This document shows positions 57,301-64,000 of a DNA stretch of 64,000 nt, piece by piece. Source of the stretch: Candidatus Gastranaerophilales bacterium (GTDB lineage Bacteria; Cyanobacteriota; Vampirovibrionia; Gastranaerophilales; Gastranaerophilaceae). A program made the translations under genes and the position numbers. Positions within the stretch are counted from its first letter, which is position 1, and the number at the start of each line of letters is the position of its first letter. The notes below the pieces were generated by a model, which had not been told where the DNA came from, ran no database searches, and was given only the letters and a program-made list of their open reading frames with translations. The stretch lies in assembly GCA_944325155.1 (NCBI GenBank), contig CALUYY010000003.1, forward strand, positions 90,257-154,256. The letters are read 5' to 3'.

Positions 57301-59110
57301 TTGTTTTATTTACCTCTTTTAAAATTTTAAGCGCATCTTCAAAATCGGAATATTTTTCCAATGCCCTCATTGCAAATTCTTTTGCCTTTTCTTTATTTCC
57401 CGTACCGAAATAACATTCCGCAATTTTTACGGCAATAATATGATTATCGGGATATAAAGAAATAAGATTGTTAAAAATTCCTATGGCCTTATCAAATTCT
57501 TTTAATTTTTGATAAACCGTTCCGAGCAGATTTAAAATTTCGGCGTCTTTTGTATACCCTATTAAATCTTCAAGAAGCTCTCTTGCAACCGCATATTTTC
57601 TTTGCGAAAAATAAACCTTTGCAAGTCCGAAATTTGCCTGAATATTTTTAGGGTTTAATTTAATTGCAATTTTATAATTTTCAATCGCTTCTTCTTTCTT
57701 TTGAAGCATTAAAAGGTTTTCCGCATATGAAGAATAAAATATGGAATCTTTTTTATCAAGTTCAATTGCCTTTTTAAAATAGGTATCGGCCGCTTCAAAC
57801 TGCCCGCCTTTAAATAAGCTGAATGCATAATTATACGCATATTCAGGGTCGGTACTATCAAGTTCATATGCAATCTTTAATTCATCCTGCGCCCAATCGA
57901 CAAAATTCATATAGAGATATAAAACCCCCAAATCTTTTCTTGCAACGGGGTTATCCGGGTCTAATTGAACACATTTTCTTAAAGAATCTCTTCCGCCTTC
58001 AAAATTACCCGTTTGAACCTGTGAAATGCCTAAATTATAATAAACGTCGTAATCAATTTTCCCTCTTTTAACAAGCTTTTCAAAAACCTCGACCGATTTA
58101 TCGTATTGTTCGGTCATTCTGTATAAAAACCCTAATTTCTTTTGGACTTCAACGGATTTCGGGTTTTTATCCGCCTGTTTTTTAACCGCTTCAAGAGCTT
58201 CTTTATAATATCCGCATTCTATCGCACAATTTATAAAATTATTTACAAAATTTATTTTATCGGGATATAAAACACTTAAGGTTTTATAATAATTATAAGC
58301 TTGAACATATCTTCCCGTCTGCGCCATACAGCTTGCAAGGCTGGATAAGGTTGCCGTTGTCGGGTCTTTAACATAGGCTTTGTTAAAATGTTCTATTGCC
58401 TTTTCATAGTTATGTTTTAATTGATAAATCGTTCCTATGTTAAAATTCAGCTGCGAATTATTTTCATCAAGCTTATACGCTTTCATTGAATATTCATAAG
58501 CTTCATCTATTTCATTCATGGCAATAAGACAGCTTACAAGATTATTTACTATTTGGATATGCTCGGGCACAAGCTGATGAGCCAATTTTAACAGCTCCGC
58601 CGACTTTTTCTCTTCGCCGATTGCCATATAAGCGGACGCCAGAATATAGTATGATTGAAAATCATCTTTTCCGACTATTATTATTTTTCCTAATTTTTTT
58701 GTAATTTTTTCATATTCGCCCGTCTTTAAATATAAAACGCCGAGGCTCTTATAAGCGTCATAATATTCAGGCCTTAGAGATAAAACTTTTTTATATGCTT
58801 TTTCCGCTTTTTTAAGCTCATCGCACTTTTCTTCGCAGCAGCCGAGATAAAACCAGCTGTTTGCGTCATTATCATCAAGTTTGACCGCTTTTTCAAAAAA
58901 TTTTGAAGCCTCATCAAACCTTTCAAGGTTAACAAGGCAAAGTCCGATTGTTTTAATTATCTCAACATTATCAGGCTCAATTAAAACCGCACGTGATAAT
59001 CCTTTGTATGCTCCTTCAAAATCACTTTTTGCAATTAAGTCAAAGGAATTATTTAATAAGTTTTGGACTTCATTGTTTTTAACTTCTTCCATAACAAAAA
59101 AATTATACAA
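57293..59110 (-). CDS. TPR-repeat protein (605 aa)
   Basis: More than 12 consecutive TPR units. Its stop overlaps the trpS start by 8 nt. Confidence 0.8.
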   Translation of the reverse strand: MYNFFVMEEVKNNEVQNLLNNSFDLIAKSDFEGAYKGLSRAVLIEPDNVEIIKTIGLCLVNLERFDEASKFFEKAVKLDDNDANSWFYLGCCEEKCDELKKAEKAYKKVLSLRPEYYDAYKSLGVLYLKTGEYEKITKKLGKIIIVGKDDFQSYYILASAYMAIGEEKKSAELLKLAHQLVPEHIQIVNNLVSCLIAMNEIDEAYEYSMKAYKLDENNSQLNFNIGTIYQLKHNYEKAIEHFNKAYVKDPTTATLSSLASCMAQTGRYVQAYNYYKTLSVLYPDKINFVNNFINCAIECGYYKEALEAVKKQADKNPKSVEVQKKLGFLYRMTEQYDKSVEVFEKLVKRGKIDYDVYYNLGISQVQTGNFEGGRDSLRKCVQLDPDNPVARKDLGVLYLYMNFVDWAQDELKIAYELDSTDPEYAYNYAFSLFKGGQFEAADTYFKKAIELDKKDSIFYSSYAENLLMLQKKEEAIENYKIAIKLNPKNIQANFGLAKVYFSQRKYAVARELLEDLIGYTKDAEILNLLGTVYQKLKEFDKAIGIFNNLISLYPDNHIIAVKIAECYFGTGNKEKAKEFAMRALEKYSDFEDALKILKEVNKTNE

Positions 59111-59172
59111 TAAAAAAAGCGCTTTTTAACTAACAAAAAAGTGCTTTTCATATAACAAAAGTATTTTAATCT

Positions 59173-60426
59173 CTATAAGCTTGAAGCTTCGGGAATTATC
59201 ATATCGCCCGTTATCAGCATAAAGAGGTTATCTTTGCCTTTTTCCTGATATTTAAGAACGGGAACGAGTTTTTTGTTTGCAAAATAAAGTGCGTGGTTTC
59301 TTTTTGAATATTGTTTTTTTGCGTCTCTTTCAATTTTTCTTGAATTTTTTTCTTTTTCAAGAACAACATCGCCGCCGTACGTTGCATATAAAACACCCGC
59401 AATCGGAAATTCCGTGCCGTCCGTTAAAACTGCTCTGTTAAAGACAATATATGCTTTATCTTGTTTCTTTCTCCAGTATGATTTATGAACTTTATCAACA
59501 TAGGCGATAAATTTTGTTCCCTGCGGATATAAAAGTGTTCCTTCGGTTGAAACAACGTCTTTAGGTGAAACGTATGTTAAAATTTCGCCTTCGGCAACTT
59601 TTCTGGCGTCAACTCTTTGGAGCGAGCGGACGGGGACAATATTTCCCGCTAAAATTACTTTTTTATTGTCGTATAAGTTAACGGTTTTATTGTATGAGTG
59701 TTCAAACTCATTTAATGTGTTTGTTCCGACAAAAACGGGGACATATGCTTCTTCTTTTGCGGAAACTTCTTCCAAAGAAGAATCACCCGGCATATAAGCT
59801 GCCTTATAAGCGTCGATTGCATATCTTAATTTAACCATCAATACCGCCGTCTGTGCTCTTGTTAAATAATCATTCGGAAGAAGCTTGTTTTCTTCGGGAT
59901 AATTGACGTAAACATCATTAATCGTGTTATTAATATAAGATAAAATTGCCCAGTCCGGAACATCGTCTTTATCTTCAAATCTGTTTAAGACGGATGAATC
60001 CCAAAAATCGCTTTTAATTATATTTGCAATAACGCTTGAAGCTTCGCTTCTTTTCATATTTTCATCGGGTTTAAAATTGCCGTCCGGATATCCGAATACG
60101 ATTTGTAATTGACGAAGCGTTAAAATGCTTTTGCTGTAAGGCGTTGAATAATCTACGTCGTTAAATTCTTTGGGGTTTTCAAGCGGTATTCTTTGAATAA
60201 GATTATAAACCGCATTTGCAAATTCTGCCCTGGTAACTGGAACTTCGGGGTAGAAATTTGTTCCTTTTACATCAAGATAATTTTGTTCTATTGATTCAAC
60301 AATCGCACCCGCTGCCCAATAATCCGAAGGAACATCGGATAAAGTAAGGGCGCCCGCCATATTCATACCGAACAAAGTCATTGTACAAACGGCGCATGTA
60401 ATAAAAATTTTTTGAAAAGATTTCAT
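59173..60426 (-). CDS. SLH-domain envelope protein (signal peptide, SLH repeats, beta-rich C-terminal domain)
   Basis: 417 aa. Signal peptide MKSFQKIFITCAVCTMTLFGMNMAGA. SLH repeats begin LSDVPSDYWAAGAIVES, FNDVDYSTPYSKSILTL and FEDKDDVPDWAILSYIN. Confidence 0.8.
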   Translation of the reverse strand: MKSFQKIFITCAVCTMTLFGMNMAGALTLSDVPSDYWAAGAIVESIEQNYLDVKGTNFYPEVPVTRAEFANAVYNLIQRIPLENPKEFNDVDYSTPYSKSILTLRQLQIVFGYPDGNFKPDENMKRSEASSVIANIIKSDFWDSSVLNRFEDKDDVPDWAILSYINNTINDVYVNYPEENKLLPNDYLTRAQTAVLMVKLRYAIDAYKAAYMPGDSSLEEVSAKEEAYVPVFVGTNTLNEFEHSYNKTVNLYDNKKVILAGNIVPVRSLQRVDARKVAEGEILTYVSPKDVVSTEGTLLYPQGTKFIAYVDKVHKSYWRKKQDKAYIVFNRAVLTDGTEFPIAGVLYATYGGDVVLEKEKNSRKIERDAKKQYSKRNHALYFANKKLVPVLKYQEKGKDNLFMLITGDMIIPEASSL

Positions 60427-60539
60427 AATTCCTCGCTTTTAAATCGACAAAATTCTTTTAGATATTATATTTTTGATGGCTTAATTTTATTAAAAATTTT
60501 ACACTAACAACAAGCTAAACGCAATATAAAAAAGTAACA

Positions 60540-61556
60540 TTACTTCATATAGTTTAGTACATCTTCGGGCAAAAAGCCTATGCATTCAGAGCTTTCGCAG
60601 TTTGTCAATCTTTTATCCCAAAGACAGGGTCTGCAATTCAGATTTTTTGTAACCGTTATTATGTTTTCTTTTTCGGGCACAAGTTTTTTTTCGTTCGTGG
60701 GTCCGAATAATGCGATTATATCAACCCCCAGGGCAACGCCTATATGAAGAGGAGCGCTGTCTGCACATATCATTTTTTTTGATTTTTTAATCAGCCCCGA
60801 CATTTCGTATAAATTTTTTGTTTTGCCGAACATTAAATAAAAGTTCTTATGGTTTTTTATAAATTCATCTTTTATGATTTCATCGGTTATATTTTTATCA
60901 TCCGGGCCGCCCGCAAGTAAAACGGTTTCTTTTTTATTTAATAATTCTTTTATAAGTTCAATCCAAAAAGAACCCTTCGGACATTTAAAAATATTTTTCT
61001 TTACGCTCATTAAAGAAACTCCGGGGTGAATTAAAATAAATTCTTTTTCTTTTACGCCCGAAGGAAGCATAAAATTTTTATCATAATTTAAACCGGGAAG
61101 CTCAAATTCAAAATCAACAAAAGGTCTTACAAGGTCAAAATACATTCTGCCCGCATAGCAATTTTCATTTAAAGGAATTTCATAATTAAGCAGTTTTGAT
61201 GTTTTTGTTTTATAGCCCGCCTTTATTTTTATAAAAGATAAAAATAAAATAACGGAAACAAAAGGCGATTTTCCGCTTGAAATTACGATATCAAATTTTT
61301 TAGTCCATAAAAAAACAATTAATTTTAAAATATTTATATATTTTTTAATTCCTCCCGCCTTGATATCAACGCTGATTACATCATCAATAAAAGGCGACAG
61401 GGTTTTTATTCCTTTGGCTCTCGGTTCCAAACACAATGTAATTTTAGAATCGGGATATTGTTTTTTAAACCCTTCAATTGCGGGTAAAAATAAAATTTCA
61501 TCTCCTATTCCGCCGTAATTTATAAATAATGCGTTTTTAAATTTTGTATTTTTCAT
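60540..61556 (-). CDS. glycosyltransferase family 9 (LPS heptosyltransferase-like)
   Basis: 338 aa. LFINYGGIGDEILFLPAI N-terminus and C-terminal ICADSAPLHIGVALGVDIIALFGPTN. Confidence 0.8.
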   Translation of the reverse strand: MKNTKFKNALFINYGGIGDEILFLPAIEGFKKQYPDSKITLCLEPRAKGIKTLSPFIDDVISVDIKAGGIKKYINILKLIVFLWTKKFDIVISSGKSPFVSVILFLSFIKIKAGYKTKTSKLLNYEIPLNENCYAGRMYFDLVRPFVDFEFELPGLNYDKNFMLPSGVKEKEFILIHPGVSLMSVKKNIFKCPKGSFWIELIKELLNKKETVLLAGGPDDKNITDEIIKDEFIKNHKNFYLMFGKTKNLYEMSGLIKKSKKMICADSAPLHIGVALGVDIIALFGPTNEKKLVPEKENIITVTKNLNCRPCLWDKRLTNCESSECIGFLPEDVLNYMK

Positions 61557-61611
61557 AAATCTTATTTTATACTAAAATAAATAAAGATATTTTACTTTTT
61601 TTAGGAGTTAT

Positions 61612-62340
61612 ATGACATCAACCATTGCAGTCGTCGGAAAATCGGGCAGCGGAAAATCAACAATCGTTTATTGCCTTTCGGACATTATCAAAAACAAATT
61701 TAAGGATAAATCCGTTCTTCTTGTCGATAACGATTTAACGGGCGAGCTTGCCGGTTTTTGGGGCTTAAAAATAGATAAAACGATCTATGGCATAAGATCG
61801 GGAAAACATGAATACAATACCGGTATTCCATCCAAAATGACAAAACAGGAATATATAGAATGGGCGCTTGAAGACATTCTGACGGAAGTTGATACAAATG
61901 TGGATATTATCGTTTCATGGCTTGTGGCATCAAAAGACTGCAGGTGCCCCATAACAAAACAAATGAACGACGCACTTGTAAAATTAACCGAAAGATATGA
62001 TTTTGTCATATTCGATTGTGAATACGACCTGAAATATCTTCATCAGCTGGTTGATTATCCGATTGATACAACGCTTTTAATTGCAAATCCGGGAAACAAA
62101 CAAACCGAAGTTGCGGAGAGAATTTTTGAAAATTCCAAAAAATATGCCGCACTCGGACAGTTTGGAATTGTTTTAAACAAAGCAAACGAAACAAATATAA
62201 ATAAAGCAATTGAATCAATCAATTCAACGGGCATTGACCTTCTCGGGGTTATTCCCGATTTTGGCGAAAACATTAACTATGAAGAAATCAAGAATTCATT
62301 GAAAACAATTTATTCAAGATTAAATCTTCCTCAAGGATAA
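61612..62340 (+). CDS. CooC/MinD-class P-loop ATPase with C-x-C-P motif
   Basis: 242 aa. Deviant Walker A with signature lysine (VVGKSGSGKST), Walker B-like VIFDCE, and DCRCP at aa 109-113. Confidence 0.65.
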   Translation: MTSTIAVVGKSGSGKSTIVYCLSDIIKNKFKDKSVLLVDNDLTGELAGFWGLKIDKTIYGIRSGKHEYNTGIPSKMTKQEYIEWALEDILTEVDTNVDIIVSWLVASKDCRCPITKQMNDALVKLTERYDFVIFDCEYDLKYLHQLVDYPIDTTLLIANPGNKQTEVAERIFENSKKYAALGQFGIVLNKANETNINKAIESINSTGIDLLGVIPDFGENINYEEIKNSLKTIYSRLNLPQG

Positions 62341-62344
62341 AAAT

Positions 62345-63193
62345 ATGACAATAATCTTAGACGGCAGGGAAACCGCAAAAAAAATAACGGAAAAATTAAG
62401 GCTTGAAGTTGAAAAGCTTGATGTTAAGCCGACTTTGGCGGTAATTATTATAGGGTGTAACCCCGCAAGCAAAGTTTATGTCAAAAACAAAGAAAAAAAA
62501 GCGCTTGAAATCGGGTTTAATTCAATCGTAATAGAATTGGACGAAAATATTACAAAAGATGAGCTTGAAAAAATAATTAAAGAACTGAACGAAGATAAAA
62601 ACGTAAACGGAATTTTATTGCAATTACCCCTTCCGAAACACTTAAACGAAAAAGATTTTTTGGATTTAATCGACCCCAAAAAAGATGTTGACGGTTTCAG
62701 TTCATATAATTCGGGAAAACTTTTAAAAAACGATTCGCCTTATGCAATTCCCTGCACCCCTAAAGGAATTATAAGACTTCTGGATGAATATAATATTGAT
62801 ATCGAAGGCAGGGTTTCAACGGTAATCGGGCGCTCAAACATAGTGGGAAAACCGGTTTCAATTCTTTTATTAAACAGAAACTCAACCGTCATAATGACTC
62901 ACACCAAAACAAAAAACCTTGAACATTTTACAAAATCCGCCGACATATTAATCTGCGCCGCAGGAAAAAAAGAAATGATAAAAAAAGAAATGATAAAAGA
63001 AAATGCGGTTATAATTGATGTCGGAATTACAAGAGACATTGACGGAAGATTAAAAGGGGATGTCGATTTTGATAACACCAAAGACAAAGCCTCGTATATA
63101 ACTCCCGTTCCCGGCGGTATCGGCCCCATGACAATTGCAATGTTAATGGAAAATACATACGAACTGTATAAAATTCAAAAAGGCATAAAATGA
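62345..63193 (+). CDS. folD: bifunctional methylenetetrahydrofolate dehydrogenase / methenyltetrahydrofolate cyclohydrolase
   Basis: 282 aa. ILDGRETAKKI start, VYVKNKEK, GILLQLPLP, VIGRSNIVGKP and TPVPGGIGPMTIAML. Confidence 0.94.
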   Translation: MTIILDGRETAKKITEKLRLEVEKLDVKPTLAVIIIGCNPASKVYVKNKEKKALEIGFNSIVIELDENITKDELEKIIKELNEDKNVNGILLQLPLPKHLNEKDFLDLIDPKKDVDGFSSYNSGKLLKNDSPYAIPCTPKGIIRLLDEYNIDIEGRVSTVIGRSNIVGKPVSILLLNRNSTVIMTHTKTKNLEHFTKSADILICAAGKKEMIKKEMIKENAVIIDVGITRDIDGRLKGDVDFDNTKDKASYITPVPGGIGPMTIAMLMENTYELYKIQKGIK

Positions 63194-64000
63194 AAAACGT
63201 AAGAACCAGTTTTACAAACAAACACAGAGATTCCTGGGTTGAGATAAATTTGGGATATCTTGAAGAAAATATAATTAATATAAAAGAACAAATTAAAAAC
63301 GTTGATAAAAAAAACCTTATGGCGGTCATTAAAGCTGACGGATACGGTCATGGAAGCCTTATGTGCGCACCGACTTTAAGTGCCTGCGGGATAAATTCCT
63401 TCGGAGTTGCTTCAATTGATGAAGGAATAGAATTAAGGGAAAACAAAATAAACTGCCCCGTTCTTGTTTTGGGAGCGGTTCCCGTTTGGGCTTTTGAAGC
63501 GGCGCTTAATTACGACATTGAAGTTTCAATTTTTAATGAAGAACATATAGATGCAATAAAAATGCTTTATGAAAGGACAAACAAAAAATTAAAAGTTCAA
63601 ATTAAAGTTGATACGGGAATGAACAGAATCGGCATTAATTATAAAGAAGCACCCGATTTTATAAACAAAATCAAAAACTCGGGTTTTGCAGACCTTAAAG
63701 GCATCTTTACGCATTTTGCGGACGCAGAAAACCCCGGTATTCTAAAAATGCAGAAAGAAAGATTTGATTACGTTTTGGATAACATTGATTCAGCCAATCT
63801 TAAGGTTCACTGCCAAAACAGCCTGGGCGCATTTTTAATTGACGATGACAGATATAATTTAATAAGACTCGGTATTATTATCTACGGTCTTACGCCCTTG
63901 ACATCGGGTATAAAACCCGTTGTTAAACTTCCCGGATTAAAACAATTGATAAGTGTTAAAGGAAGAATAACAAACATTCACACAATAAAAAAAGGCGAAG
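63190..64000 (+). CDS. alr: alanine racemase, N-terminal ~270 aa (3-prime end beyond window)
   Basis: ATGA overlap with folD. WVEINLGYLEENI, PLP-lysine motif AVIKADGYGHG, KIKVDTGMNRIG. Frame is open to the window end. Confidence 0.9.
   Translation, partial: MKNVRTSFTNKHRDSWVEINLGYLEENIINIKEQIKNVDKKNLMAVIKADGYGHGSLMCAPTLSACGINSFGVASIDEGIELRENKINCPVLVLGAVPVWAFEAALNYDIEVSIFNEEHIDAIKMLYERTNKKLKVQIKVDTGMNRIGINYKEAPDFINKIKNSGFADLKGIFTHFADAENPGILKMQKERFDYVLDNIDSANLKVHCQNSLGAFLIDDDRYNLIRLGIIIYGLTPLTSGIKPVVKLPGLKQLISVKGRITNIHTIKKGE

Noticed and set aside
57293-57420. T-box or other leader upstream of trpS.
   Set aside because: The trpS start overlaps the stop of the upstream TPR gene by 8 nt, so there is no untranslated leader in which a T-box could reside.
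62966-62995. Perfect 15-bp tandem duplication in folD (AAAAAAGAAATGATA x2, encoding KKEMIKKEMI), initially read as a recent in-frame insertion.
   Set aside because: The distance from the preceding A-A-G to IDVG is 16 residues, the same as in E. coli FolD (KPGFIPGDWIKEGAIV). The segment is therefore not extra sequence. At most it is a homogenised stretch of normal length.

Overview
AT-rich, gene-dense chromosomal segment with about 60 protein-coding genes, many with gaps under 20 nt or overlapping stop/start codons. I saw no rRNA, tRNA, CRISPR array, transposase, integrase or phage genes. Most content is housekeeping from a diderm bacterium. Stress and replication: clpB (5-prime truncated), gyrB. 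Central and amino-acid metabolism: eno, serA plus a class-V aminotransferase, lysC, aroF, folD, alr (3-prime truncated). Cofactor and nucleotide: ribE-ribBA, hpt, tilS, trmL, trpS. Transcription: rimP-nusA. Carbohydrate: rfbC-rfbD, glgX. Envelope genes are prominent: lptC-lptA-lpxI-lpxB, kdsC, lpxK, mlaE-mlaF-mlaD, a GT9 heptosyltransferase and two SLH-domain proteins. LPS genes combined with SLH anchoring, an LdpA-like Fe-S protein and a Tic20-like membrane protein suggest a cyanobacteria-related non-photosynthetic lineage (Melainabacteria/Vampirovibrionia-like). That is inference only; Negativicutes-like diderms are an alternative. Items worth a second look: (1) a set of ORFans (9245, 9616, 35905, 47971, 48551, 54855, 55724) and one AAA+ ATPase that share short N-terminal or F-[KTG]-G motifs, with weak colinear similarity between three of them; (2) a soluble, protease-less AAA+ ATPase where ftsH normally follows tilS-hpt; (3) a TrpRS carrying the C-x22-C-x6-C-x2-C iron-sulfur motif; (4) an orphan CooC-like ATPase with a C-x-C-P motif; (5) a GshB-like ATP-grasp protein whose two glycine-rich loops are replaced; (6) a 17-bp perfect direct repeat bracketing aroF; (7) SLH proteins with a Cys-rich module and a shared non-porin C-terminal domain. 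All calls rest on reading the translations and DNA by eye. No searches or alignments were run.
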